Origin: Marsupella aquatica
Taxonomy: Eukaryota > Plantae > Marchantiophyta
Direction: 5' to 3'
Length of the DNA: 64,000 nt
Assembly (NCBI GenBank): GCA_973895155.1
Contig: OZ316899.1
Coordinates: forward strand, 5,831,241 to 5,895,240
Shown here: one piece after another, positions 13,518 through 26,096 of the stretch
Layout: the number at the start of each line of letters is the position of its first letter
Position numbering within the stretch: position 1 is the stretch's first letter
Position numbers and translations under genes: made by a program
Notes under the pieces: model-generated
What the model was told of the DNA's origin: nothing
The model's input: the letters and a program-made list of their open reading frames with translations, nothing else
Databases searched by the model: none

Positions 13518-13969
13518 CTGGAAAATGCAACAAATGTTTGGAGCCTGGAGTTAGTAAAAAAAATCCCCAAACCATCCTTTTTAAACCCTAAGTACACTTT
13601 AAACTGAAGTGAAATGAACATTACCATTTTTGAGACCCGGGCTCAACAGTGCCTATAGGTCTTCAGGCTCAAACTTGATGAACCCAATCTAGAAGTAGGA
13701 GGGAAAAATCTGCAAATATATAATACATTATAAGCCATGACTCATGATCAAGTAGAGAAAGGGATGATAGACTATAACCCTCAATAGTTCCAATATAAAC
13801 CAAAAGGCTTTAAAACAAATTGTACCTTTCAGATGCCCGGGCTCTTGCAATGCATATGCATTAGCCAAAACTTTGAAAAAGATGCGGAAGTGTCGTGCAA
13901 GTAGTCCTAGAGTGTTCCCACCCTTTATGTTAATGAAAAAATGAAAGCATACCCTAGCTAAATGAAAAC

Positions 13970-14220
13970 ATAACCCAAACCCCTACCCTGGACCCTAACC
14001 CTAAACCCTTAGTGAACCCTAACCCAAAGTAAACCCTCAATTAGAAAATAAACAAAACCTCTATTAAAACCTAACTCAAACCCCTACCCTAGACCCTAAC
14101 ACAACTTCAAAGGTAAAACCTAAGTAATAGGAACCCCTACCTTAAACCCACACCCAAACTTCAAAGGTAATTTAACCTTACTAACCAAAACCCTTACCTT
14201 AAACCCTAACCCAAACCCCT
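13970..14220 (+). repeat. Degenerate (A)AACCCT telomere-like/telo-box repeats in the CACTA-1 divergent promoter region
   Basis: Repeated aaccct/aaaccc units, e.g. ccctaaccctaaaccct at about 13993-14009. Confidence 0.6.
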
Positions 14221-14861
14221 CAATTAAATAGACCAATCATGACCCTAAACTTCAATATAGTGCAAAAACCCTGAGTTAGAAGTCAAAGCCAACCCTTACA
14301 TTAAAATCTAACACCTACATTAAATCCCTACATTGGAACATAAAAAATTTAAGTCCCTCAATTAAACACAAAACACCTTAACTTAAAACCCAATTATATT
14401 TTCCTAACTTGGCAAATCACAAGAGTTATGGGTTTAAGCAACTTACCCTTCTAAAGCCGTTTAATGTATTTCGGATTGTTTCCCGCCCTAAACCGATATC
14501 ACCTGCCTTGCAAATTAGTTCACAACTTAGAGAGACATTTTGCGAACCTCTACGCTTTGCAACGGCTTTGCAAAAACAAAGGCCGAGAGCATATTTTGGT
14601 CCCTTCTGCAGGTTGCAATTGCCTTGCGATGACTAAACCTTCACAACAGGGTCACAATTTGGGAAACAGTTTGCGAAGCGTATAGGATGGGAGTTTCCCA
14701 TGCGAATCTGATTGCAACACCCTTTTTTTGAATGTCGTAAGTGTTGGCGGGAGCTCGCGTTGAGCTCATTCCTATGTTTTGTCGAGAGAACGAGCGGAGA
14801 AGGCGAGAGGGTAGTGTAGCTGCGCGCAAGGAGAAGAAAGAGACTTGAGAGGCAGAAGGCT

Positions 14862-16893
14862 ATGGCTGGTGGTGAGGGAAGTGGACAACATGGTGCTAGT
14901 GGTAGTGGCAATGGGACGAATCAAGAGAAGGAGGGGAATGCATTCGCAGATTTAGTGGCCCAACATCTCAATGCTGCACAGTTGGGCGAAGTGAATTTGA
15001 ATACTCCAGCAGGGCTTGCCTCGTTGAGTGGCATTCTAGGGCAGATTTTGCAGACATGAATTCTAGTAGGGCAGGCTACTAGAGGGGAAGAGGAAAGGGC
15101 CACAATTGAGGAGAAAGCTAGAGAGAAAAAAAGGAAGAGAGAGGAGAGGGCTAAATTGGGAGTTGCTTCTCCTCAAGCCCTTGAAAAAAAGAAGAGAAGA
15201 GAGGAGAGGGATGCAATTCGAAAACAGAGGGATGAGCAACGTCAAAAAGAGGAAGCAAGGAAAAAGTTGCCATTCATTGCCTTGGAGACGAGTGGAACTC
15301 CAACAGAGCTAGCCTATGCAGGGGCTAAGAGCACAATCAAGCAGATCATCACAAACAATTTCTCACGAGGCATGCAGTGGGGAAAGGTTGAGAAGGCAGA
15401 ACAAAAGAGGGTGATCAATCAGATCAAGGATGCATTTCGCAACGGACCTGACATAGATGAGCAATGGCTGGGAGACAAGATTTCAAATTCTATGTCCGAA
15501 ATGAGATACCATGACAGGATGAAGATCGGAGCCCACCTGAAAGACTTGAGATCGTACAGGAATTTGCGTAGACCCCTCCATTTCACCGAGGACATTTGGA
15601 ATGCATTTTACAAGATTGAGGTGCAGATCAAAGCAGCTGGTGAGTTAGATCAGTGGAAGGATGCATTGGCTCGAGCCTTGAAGGCAAAGGAGGCCGGGAA
15701 GCTCTCCCCTGACCACAACCTGAAGGGACTCAAACAGAAGGTGGCTGATGTGCAGAAGGTGGTTGATCAAGAAGGAAGACCACCCAAGCGATTCACTGAT
15801 GCAACCAAGCGAGTAAAGGCCACCCCCAATCCAATCCACAGGTTGGGTCAAGGCGGGCTCCCCGGCCTCAAGGCTCACTTTGTGAGTGCCTCCTCCCCTT
15901 CGTACTCTCTTTCCAACTTAGTTTCCCAGTGGGGCAAGGCAAGTGAATGGAATCCCATGAATGTTGAAGCTCTCATGTGCTTGCTTGTGTATTGTTTTAG
16001 GTCATGTCTGACACTTAGAATTTTGGGCACCTTTTTAAAAACTATTGGGAAAACAGTTTGCGAACCCGTTGCGATGCGTATCCCTTTGCAACCTGTTTGC
16101 AAACTCTATTATGGGCTTTTGTTTTTCCTCAGTTGCAAACCCGTTGCGAAGGAACGCGCATCGCAACGGACATTGCAATGAGTTTGCAAACTATTGGCCT
16201 TTGCATGTTGTTAACCTATTAGCTTTGCAAAGTTTATGAATTCCCTTGGAATGAGGTTTGCTTTTGTGGGGTTAATTAGGGTGAGTTTTAGGTTATAAGC
16301 TAGGGTTTATTTTTTGTGTTTAATTTTTGGTGGCATGCATGACAGTACCGGAAATACAAGAGAAAGATATCAAAGAAACATATTGAGACAGCAATGGAGC
16401 ATGGACGAAAGTACCTCTTTGCAATGGTAGATGCCAAGTTGGCTACCGTGAGTATCTTAGATTTGACAATTTTTTAGTTGTCATGCAAACATTGTTGGGG
16501 ACCCTTTAATTTTGCATAAATTCATTGAGTATATGGATGCAGGATTCAGATGAGCCTGAGAGGTCGGGTGCTGATGTGAGCAGTAGTGATGATGAGGATC
16601 AGCCTCTTTCTAGTGGTGCTCAAGGGGGAGACAGTAGCCATGAGGGCGGTTCATCCCATCGTGGCAGTCGCAGTAGTCTTGCGTCATCGAGACAGGTTGA
16701 TGATGAGGGGGAGCAGGAGGCAGGTGACGATGATGAGGATGAGCAGGAGGGGCAGGAGGAGCAGGAGCAGGAGGATGAGCAGGAGCACCCACGGGCCCTG
16801 CGCACCCGTCAGCAACAGGATATACGTTCCCGAAAGGATAAGGCCAAGAAGCCGGCCAAGAGGGGTAGAAAGAGCCCATTTTATTTAGTTTGA
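14862..16893 (+). pseudogene. CACTA-1 second gene (TnpA/ORF2-like, unknown function), divergent from the transposase, spliced
   Basis: ORFs 14862-15059, 15156-about 15881 (donor GTGAGT) and 16525-16893, with coiled-coil and acidic tail. Lies inside the TIRs. Confidence 0.6.
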
Positions 16894-17673
16894 GTGACTA
16901 GCCATGTAAGAGCTTAGGATAGGAAGAGGTAGGATATGGTTAGTAGGGTCCACTTGGCATCACATATGCCACCCTTCTTATGAATAGGGTTCCTTGAACT
17001 CCTACATTTTGTACATGCACCTATTTCTCATCTTATAAACACCAATTTTGCCTTCCAATACATTGGGTCCATACCCAAGAGGAATACCTCGCAAAATTTT
17101 CATTGAAGCTTGTGGTTTCAAACAATTGCGAACGGGTTGAGAATTCCCAAACCTAAAAAATAACCAGCTCATTTACCTCGCAACTTGCGAGCAACATTGC
17201 ATCACACTTTTACATTCAATCTGGTTCACAACTATCCCATTCTTCTCTCTTTGCTAATTGCGAACGCAATTGATTCGTTCTATTTGAAGCAAAACACTCC
17301 ACTATTTGCGATACAAATGAAATGGCAACTTATGAACCTAAAAGTATCTCATATTCCGAGTCAACTAACACCGCAAACCATCTGTGAAGCAAATGCATTC
17401 GCAAATTTGAACAACCGCAACGGCATTGGGTGGGGCTTTGCGAACAGCATGCGATACGCAAAACATCGCACAGGTACGGCAAATTCCGAGGCTATGCGGT
17501 TGGGTAATTGCAAAGTTGTTGCGATGGTCCAATTGCGAAGCATTTAGGTTTGCAAGTGGCGAAGGTGTTGCAATGCGCATTTAGTCGCAACACGTAGAAT
17601 TCTTGATGTAGAGTTCTTTGTTAGTTGCGATATGTTTGGGTTTGCAAAAATGGATGATAGTGTAGTAGTGATT

Positions 17674-19000
17674 TTGGGGCTGGGGATCCAAACCACCGGC
17701 CCCCACCCCCGCCCCCTCAGGTTGCTTACGCTTATTCCTGGGACCTTTTGCTTTCCCAGCTTCCCCCTCGGACCCCTTGCCACCCACCTTTGCCAAGTCC
17801 GGTCGGTTATTCACCAATGTAGTGGCCTTGTCGAAGGCGTCAGAAAGCATTTTGAACTCATGACGCTTTTCCTGTAACTTGTCCCTGAGCAACGGCGGGA
17901 GCTTCACTATAAATTTTTGAAGCTGTGTATGTAGGGTCTCTTGTCCCGCCGGGATACACGCCAACTGGTTCTGGTAATAAGTGATGACTTTTGGATATCA
18001 CCCCTGAAGCTCATCTCCGTTACACATTTCTGAGCGTGCCGCTCCGGGTACTTAGTGGTGACATGAGCACGGAGTCCCTCAACCAGGTTTTCCCAAGTTA
18101 ATGGCAAGGAGGAGTCCTCTTGCAACTTCTTCCAAGACTTGTACCAAGTCAAGGCATAGTCCTTCAGGTAAGGAGCGGCTGCGGTAGCCCAAGTGGGACG
18201 CTCAACATACGCTTGAAGATGAATCTCCATTGTGGAGAGCCAACTCAAGAACTTTTGTCCACTCTACTCGTAGGCCCCGTCATAAGTTGAAGGAGTCGGT
18301 AGCTGGTTCACTTGGAACATACTCCGTCCAACTACCATTCCCCCCTCGGGACGCGTTGCACTCTGACTACCCAGACTAAGTAAGTATTTAATTTGGGCCC
18401 CCTTGTTGTGTTCCAACTGCTCATAAATGAGTCGTTGGTCTTGAGTCAACGGACCCAGACCGTCATCAGCGGTTGGGCCCTTGCGGGTTGTATGAGGACG
18501 GTCCTCCAACCGTCTTTCCTTTGCGGGCCGCTTGTCCTTAGGTTCTCTCGTGGATTTTGGTGACACCCCCGGCATCTTGCGAGCACCATGACCTCCCGGG
18601 GTTGAGGCATCACCCACATCGCCCTGGTTTTCCTTGGTCAAATTATCCACAATGACGTCCGGCTTGACGTCATCCTTTGCTTCCGCGTTCAACCCTCTCA
18701 AGACTGGGATTAGTTCCTCTTCTCGGTCCTGACCCTCGTCCTCCGATTTGGCTTCAGCATTGTCGTCGCTTCCTTCTGAGTCGGAGTCGTCATTGTCCGA
18801 TTCGTCCTCCGAAGGATTGGCCACCTCCTTCCCTTTAAGTCAACGGCGCTCTGCACTTGATGTGTTTGCTGCAGCGGTCGACGGTTTGGCCGTTGCGTCT
18901 TCTTCATCCTGCTTATAACATTCGTCTAGGGAAGTCGACCCATCCTCCTTCTGTTCATCTTGAACTTGGGCTCTCCCCTTGGTGGGGGGAGCCTGTTTGC
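17674..19000 (-). pseudogene. gag, 5' part (broken into ORFs 18264-18824, 17907-18248, 17581-17964)
   Basis: PSTYDG, WLSTMEIHL, YLKDYALTWY and LTWENL retrotransposon-gag features. Lies downstream of the PBS. Confidence 0.8.
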
Positions 19001-19085
19001 CACTCTTTGATCGAGTGTTTTTAACCGTTAAGATTTTTGGATTCCAACTTAGCCCAACCCCGGCCCGGTGTCTATGTCAGCAATC

Positions 19086-19097
19086 GCTCTGATACCA
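19086..19097 (-). promoter_or_regulatory. Primer-binding site, tRNA-iMet
   Basis: Minus strand reads TGGTATCAGAGC. Confidence 0.93.
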
Positions 19098-19099
19098 CA

Positions 19100-20585
19100 A
19101 GTGGTGGACCTTGCCACCTAGCGCCCTCACCAATCCTAGCACTCATGCCTAAGTGCCCCTGGTGCCCGAACGCCTCCATGGAATACCTTGAGCAAGTAAA
19201 CTAGTGCCCCTTGCACCGCCAGCGGCCCCTCCCATACAAAGCCGCACTCGCTCTCTAACACAACTACTACTCAACGGTCCTCCCTATCTACACAAGCAAC
19301 CAAGAACCTCGATAAGTAATCCTTCAGGATCTAGAACTTGCCAGGTCTAGCATCCTACTCAAGCTCAACAGACGTTGGTAAATAGGTCAGCGATAGGTCC
19401 TCCCAATGCCATAAGCCGGAACCAAAACCCACGCCCACTGTCCGTCTCGGACAGCTCCTTCCGTGGGCGCGGCCCGGGTTCCCCCTCGTACCTATCCATC
19501 ACCAACTGACCGCCCTGGCCCCAGGACATGCTCATGGCCCAAGTAGCGTAGCTTGTCCTAAAGCTTGTCCCAAGCTTGTCCCAACACGCCAGGACCCGAA
19601 TGGCCCCGACTCTAGCAACCAACTCTAGATTTGCCTCACTGATGATCTAGGGGCTAAGCACCCTTGGAACTCAACCTCCACACCTACTTGGCCTTGCCGC
19701 TCCAATGCAAGCTCCCTTGGGAGACTAACGCGGCTTGGCTGCTTCGGCGGGATTTGGCAAGCGGGCGAGCTAACACCCACAAACCCCAAGCACCCATGGT
19801 TCCTCCAGACCCAGATGAGATGAGGAGAGCGTAGCCCTCCTCAAGAGGTTTCCAACGCACCCAAGAAGTCCCCCAATGGACTTCTCGTTAGGAAGATATC
19901 GCCATTTCCGTTTGGCGATTTCCCTTAGTGTCGCGACCACCGCGGCTCACGACTTCGGCTCGCCCTTAGTCCCCAGGGAGACACCACTCCCCTCATAATG
20001 CTTCTAGAGACCTGTCACCCCCGGACCAGCTTTGGTCCCTAAACATTTGGCCCCCAACCCGGATCCTATCGTGCATAATGGGCGCGCCACCAATTGGCAA
20101 CGCCCATAACTTTCTTGTTAGGCATCCGCAAGCGGAGTGCCTTAGCCCGTTGTGATCGGGCCAACCCAGTGCTCATTCCTAGGCCTCAGGTCTCATTGCT
20201 GCTTGGGGCCCCCGATCGGCCCAACCCGGATCAGGCCATAACTTGCGCCCCAAGCATCCGTTTCTCATGGCGTTAACTCCATTGGCCTTGGGCCCAAGAG
20301 GAGCTCACACTCAGGCCCTCAGAACTCAAAGTGCATCGGGTCCGGATGGCCATCCTTGAGCCCGGCCCATTTCCCCTTGACCCGACCAGCTATCAGCTAG
20401 TCCAAGTCCTTAGTGTGTGTCCCTAGCTTGGCTCCTTGGCTCGCTAGTCTCACGTCTCATTGCCCACAAGTCTCCCCATGCTAAGTCCTCCTCGGATGGC
20501 CTATCCGGGCCTGGACCATAAAGGAGCTCGGCGTCGGAGTCAGCGACGCCGGAGCTTAGTGTTAAGGTAGTCGAGTTCCGTGACT
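19100..20585 (-). repeat. 5' LTR of chromovirus
   Basis: Direct repeat of 2545-4014, with the PBS 2 nt downstream on the minus strand. Confidence 0.92.
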
Positions 20586-20763
20586 TAGCCACTGTCCGGA
20601 TTGCTGCTCGGCAATTTTTCTACATTGTCACACCATATGATTGGAGTTAACTTGTTCTCCACCCAGTCCTGGACTCTTCCTAGCACATTTCCATCGAAGA
20701 ACTTATCATACAGATCCCTCTCATATATCTCCGTCCTCGAGGCATAGTTTGCCACCCAAGACT

Positions 20764-22126
20764 TGTGTAGTATCACACTAGGGACATAAATCAACATTTA
20801 AGATCCAAAACATGGTATCAATCCCATGGAAGAACATGTAAGGAATGATTTTCTATTGTTTAGCACTTTTGAATGAGTAAGATAACAAAAACACATATTT
20901 GAGCCCTTTTACTATGGTTGCTCAGCAAGGCATAGATTTGAATGTTTACTTAACATTATAAATAAAATAACAAAATGGAAACAATTAACAAAACACAATG
21001 AAAATCTTGAAGTATGGTGAGGGAGTTAGGAAACAACCAAGGTTACTCCTCAATACAACTTCATTTGATGTGATTTAGGTGGTATATCGGTAAGAATATT
21101 TTTGGGAAGGATTATTATACTAGGATGATCACTAAAATGCCGTCAACATGTCTAAACTTTTCCTTCCAAGGTACTTAGTGGAGACTAGTAATTAATCACT
21201 TTTGTATCCAATCGGTACTTTGTGTCACGAACAAAAAACACCATCATCATCAAATTTGAAGTCATAAGTCATTGGAAATTAATATTCCTTAGCATCCCGT
21301 GCTCAAGTAAGGTAATGCCAACAACTATGCATCAAGAACTCAAGAAAGTGGGTTTTCACCACTTAAAGAATCTATTCCCTCATACTTCTGAGATTCAACT
21401 TCAAACAACTAATTTTACTTCAATGATCTAAACTCTCAATTATTTAGATCAAGGAAGGGAGAAAAATTCATTTTGTATTTGCAAGCTCCATACAAAAAAA
21501 TGAAAGCTTTACTTTGCAAAGGTGATTCTAGTGCTGCAGCACATGCCACGGGCACTTATTTTATTTTTTCACACAAAAAGTGATAGAAACTCTACTACAT
21601 ATAGGGTAGCAGGAACCAAAGGGAAAATAGATAATGAAAGGACAATCATGCCCTTTCATATCTTAAGGATCATGAACTAAAGTAAAAAGTATGAAAATAT
21701 GTTACAAGAGTACTCAGGTTTCACTAGAATGCTCCTGGAATCAAAAACTAATCAAAAGTGATCCCTAGTGTTAACTGGAGTAAAAGTGCCATTGCACTTT
21801 TGTGATAAAACTAACAAATAACAAATTTGTCTGAATTTTAATTTCTAACATAAAAGTCAGATTAGGGTGAAACTTTTCTAGGGGGAAGATTTATGTACAT
21901 GCTGGCAAAATTTCAGACTTTTCTAAGGTGTCTAAGTGTCTTAATAAAATTGATAAAATGTTGTCGGATATAAAATACACTTTTTCCGGAATTGTTTTCT
22001 AAGTGTCGGAAGCGCCGTTGCGCCTTTGCGCACTTATGCTACAACAAAACTAAAAATTCTATAACTCCTAAACTACATGTTGATTTTGGCCGACACTTTC
22101 AGGGTAGGGTCTATTACATAAGGGCT
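20764..22126 (-). repeat. LTR copy B (inverted copy of 1-1350), no PBS, other end not defined
   Basis: Reverse complement matches 1-1350 along its length. Begins TGTGTAGTATCACAC. Confidence 0.75.
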
Positions 22127-22529
22127 ACCTCCTGAAAAAGTATGGGACTTTTCTATCTATGCTGACTACTTAACAAAAATTACTGAGATTAGCTAATCTT
22201 GAATTGAAGTGTGGAATAGGTCAGTCTTCTTGAAGCAGTGTTGTCTGGTCCGGTGGTTGAAAATTCCTGAATGTCTCTGTTCGAATCACTTCTCGAAGGA
22301 AATCCATAACCTGAGTATCATGTCAAGCAAAAGGAAGAGATCTGATTTGTCGTTCAGCATTTAAAACAGGAAGTAGCCTCCTGTGGAACATTGTGTTCAC
22401 CTTACTAGCTTGCATGTAGATGCCGACCAGATCATAACTACAACAAGTAGCATGATAGTTACGTGGAGGTGTCCTTGGCAAGCGATAGAAGTGGAGTGAC
22501 ACTAGGTAACAGTTCCCGCCACTTCAGGG

Positions 22530-25500
22530 TGTAATCAGCCAACCATTGTGAAGTAATGTTGTTCCAGATTCTCTAACTCTCAGCAACTGGTGTAATGAAG
22601 TGTTGAACAACAAAAGGTTCCTCTGGAAGGGCACCATGGTTGACTTGGTATCTTTTGTTGGTTTGCCTCAAAAAGTTGATGATGAATTCCAAGACGTAGG
22701 CAAATAAGTTTCCAAAATATGCCAAAGCCAGATCTCCATTCTCCAGCACAATGTGTCCAACCAGGATCATGACAGCAAGAATAGGGCAAAAATATTCAAC
22801 TTCTATCCAGATTTCATCCATCTCTACTATCTCCAAGCGGGTGACTTTCTTTAGATGAAGTTTCAAGATATAGAGATATTCAACTCTCTTCTTATGATAG
22901 TACTGCCAAAACTCTAAGATGGGAGGAGTTATAAGGTTTGAAACTCTGACAAATTCAGCAAACTATTTAATACTCTCCTGAGGAGTCCTAGTGACCCTAA
23001 GACTCCTCAGGAGAGTATTAAACAGTTTGCTGAATTTGCAGTGTAGGGATGAATTGACCTGGCAGGATTTATCTTGACATTGGGGAAGGGTGTCAAGATA
23101 AGAAATAACAAGATGTTCACTTGTAGGTGTAATTGCAGGTTCTGGAAAACTGAGGTAGAGGTGGTGTGGTTGGTTGGAAGGACTGTAAGGTGAGGTGGGT
23201 GAATGACTAGAAGGAGGCTGGGGAAGAATAAAGAAGGGGTGATCTAGACTCTGAAGTATGGTAACGTACAGCAGAGTAGATTTGAGTGACATGACAATGG
23301 AATAGCCGTGCAAGTCTTTGTACTAGATCCTCACAATGTTCTAAATGATGATCTCAAATCAAGGTGGTAGTAGCTTTCTGTAACAGATCTTCCAAAACAT
23401 CAACAAGATCCGTCTTGTCACACTCCAACAACTTAGCCATTTCAGTAACAAGATCAAAGTAATACTCAGTTGATCGTCCTGATGAAGTTCCAAAGGGTTG
23501 TTGGAGTTCAGTCCTCAATGGTGATAGCATCTCAAGATTTGGTTCCTCCAAAACAACATTGGATATGTGAGTAGTAGGGACAATAGGTGTCATCAATGGA
23601 GCTTTGACGGGCTCCTGAATGTACTGAGCAGGTCCTTCAGTAGGCGAGTAGAATGAAAGAGGACTGCAGGATACTGGAATGGTGACTGAAGATATTCGTA
23701 ATCTTTCAATTGCATCAATGATTTCTTCAGGTCCACAAGTTAACAAGCTAGTTAGCTTGTCAACGATCTATTGATTGAATTTGACCTTCGTTGAATCATT
23801 TTCTGGTATATCAGTGAGGGGAGAACGATGTGGTCTTTTCCGTGGTCTTGTAGTAAGGGGAAATAAAATGAGTGGCTGCATGATTAGCCTGAATTGGGGT
23901 AGTAGATGAGCTAGGGAGAAAATCATTTGTTACTGCAATTAGCGAGGGGATAGACTGAGTTGGTTCTGGAGATGCAGATGTAGGGTTAGCAAAATTGGGA
24001 TAAAGGGGAGTCCTTCTATCGTGACTAGGATTTTCAGGGTCCATTGGGGTCTAAAGAAGGGTTATCTAAGGGTTCTTTGGAAGGGGCTCGCCAAGCAAGG
24101 GGAGTAGCTTCAGGACAGAAAGGGGGTGACATTGCTTGATCATCCATCTGAGCATCCTTACCTCCTTCAATTTCAGAATCAGAGTCTCCAAAATCAAATT
24201 CGTCGATAAATCTGGCTCTTTCCTCCTGCTCCTCAGGTAGTAAGCAATCACCTTGAAAATATAACTGACACAAGTAAGCGGGTAATAAAGTGGGTTGTCC
24301 CGCTTTCACCTTCTTAATCTGGGATAAGATTGCTTGTCTCATCAGTAATGCCCAATTTATATCAGTTTCGCCCTTCCAACTTGCAACAATGGTATCAGCA
24401 AGAGATACTGGTATCATGTGAGGACGATTGGGATGGAAGATGGGAACCAACAATTCCAAAATGACTTTTAAAGTGTAATCAATACACCGGTCCATGTTCC
24501 ATCCATGACTAACATTTCAAGTTCCAGCAAAAGTAAGGTTTTGAGATCTCTCCTTGGCACGACAGTAAACTACTCCCTTCAGCAGGGCAATCAAATGTAT
24601 CTGCCACAAATTGTAAAGTCCACTTCTCTGGATTTGCTCGAGCAATGCCCACCATATCCACTTCAATGTGCGCTCCATCCTGAAAATCTTTTAAGTAGCT
24701 GGGTGAAGTCACGGAGCAAGGTAGAGTAAGTAACTTACTCAAGTGCATCACTTCCAAGGATTCTTTTAGAACATCCTGACTTCTCTTTAAATTGGGGTAA
24801 ATCATTGGGGTAAATATACAAAATGTTGTAAGGAAATTGGGGTAAATCATTGGGACAACTTTTGGTAGAGGGACTCCGGTTGTGACTCCCTCTACTTCCT
24901 CTCCTATTGTTGCCATAGTCGAGGCGTAAGTCAAAGTTGTGAATATAAAAGCGGCTGGGCAAAACCAAACGTTGAAGCGTTGTTGCAAAATTATGCCGTT
25001 CCGCCTATACTCCAAAACGCAAATGTTGTTTACAATGAAACGTCGTTGCTCTGTGTTGTGCTGAAATGCTGCTGACCCCAAAATGTCGTGGCATTTTTTG
25101 TGCCGTTGCGCGGTTATGCCTTGACACCGAAACTCCGTTGCGTTGTAGCGCCTTTGCGCCATTGCGCCTTGACGCTTTTGCCTTCCGTGATCAAAACTTT
25201 GCGACAAAATTTCCCGATCGCACCACAAGAATACAGACAATGTTCTCCCTTGCTCTTCTCAACCCTCTCCTTAGATTTAAGTAATGGAAATGCAAAGTCG
25301 CAGTCAAGTGGCCTCTTCAGAATGTCGAGTAGATTATGGAGCTTGACTCCTTGAGATGGGAGAGTACCCAAGCAGGGCAATGCTTGCTAAGTACTCAGGG
25401 TATTATCTAGTAATCTGCCCCTATCTTAAGTCTTAACCTTATTTACATCTAAAAGTAGACTATTTGGCTATGTTTAATCTATTTCTAACTACAGAAATTT

Positions 25501-25549
25501 TAAATTTTTTCATTATTTCTAATTATTTCTAATTTAGACAGCTATTACA
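22530..25549 (-). mobile_element. Putative 3-kb LTR containing a PMD-like ORF, with PBS-like TGGCGGGAAC downstream
   Basis: Ends TGTAAT...ATTACA. The right end truncates the F-box-like ORF. TGGCGGGAAC lies 8 nt beyond the left end on the minus strand. Confidence 0.55.
23354..24916 (-). pseudogene. Retroelement accessory protein, PMD-like (ORFs 24509-, 24034-, 23811-, 23354-)
   Basis: LSKLLTLPC...RANPEKWTLQFVADTFDCPAEG...LELLVPIFHP...INWA...AYLCQLY. Similar to ORFs 36189-37235 and 58203-59705. Confidence 0.55.
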
Positions 25550-26096
25550 ACTTGAGTGATGTAACAGACATCATAGAGAGGGCATCAATAGGCAAAATTT
25601 GACGTAAGAGAACACCAAATGTACACGCGGTTGAGTGACGATTCCAATGTCGGTTGTCGTCCATGTTTTCAATGACGTCCTTCACCACTTTTAACGTTGC
25701 CCATCCCTTTGAGTGAGTCATGAGGAATCTCCATTTCCTACTAACTCTGGACAATACGCGCATGTTGTCGATCGTCTTAAAGGTAGCATCATCATCTATG
25801 CCATGTGCATTTGCAGACTCAAATGCATTTCTAAGTAGAGGCCAAACATGTCCCTCTCTCAGCAAATCCGGGAGGCCAGGGGTGAGACTCTGCCTTTTGT
25901 TTCTTTGATAATTGAAAGCCTTCTGTTTTGGGAGAGCCGATCAAAATCAACTTTCAACTTCAGCTCAGTAATTGTTGCCGTAAACTTATCAAGGCGTGTA
26001 GCGCACTTTTTATGATAACGCCTCTTTGTGTATGATCCTTCCATGTTGTACAGTATAATTGGAGAGCCGCTTGAAGCACCCGTGAGATGAAGACGA
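25550..26096 (-). pseudogene. F-box-like protein 2 (5' part continues at 31065-31230 beyond the LTR element; 3' end cut by an LTR)
   Basis: SLTPGLPDLLREGHVWP...VSRKWRFLMTHSKGW, paralogous to 31861-32499. Confidence 0.55.

Larger units (their letters stand above)
8194..17670 (-). mobile_element. CACTA (En/Spm) DNA transposon, copy 1, both ends present
   Basis: TIR CACTACTACA at 8194 and TGTAGTAGTG ending 17670, 3-bp TSD ATT (8191-8193, 17671-17673), TTGCRA subterminal repeats, and TnpD-type transposase. Confidence 0.97.
2545..20585 (-). mobile_element. Ty3/Gypsy chromovirus (Tcn1-like) LTR retrotransposon, degenerate, with nested CACTA
   Basis: Paired LTRs 2545-4014 and 19100-20585, TSD TAGCC (2540-2544, 20586-20590), tRNA-Met PBS, PPT, and gag-PR-RT-RH-INT-chromodomain order. 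Confidence 0.95.

Noticed and set aside
13970-14220. Interstitial telomere
   Set aside because: Units are degenerate and interspersed and lie inside CACTA TIRs. They are more likely telo-box-like promoter sequence.
1-22126. 1.35-kb inverted repeats read as the TIRs of a giant foldback/MULE element
   Set aside because: The inner ends are sharp TG/CA termini and copy A is followed by a PBS-like TGGTGCTCTC, which fits two LTRs better. The outer left end is outside the window, so this is not fully excluded.
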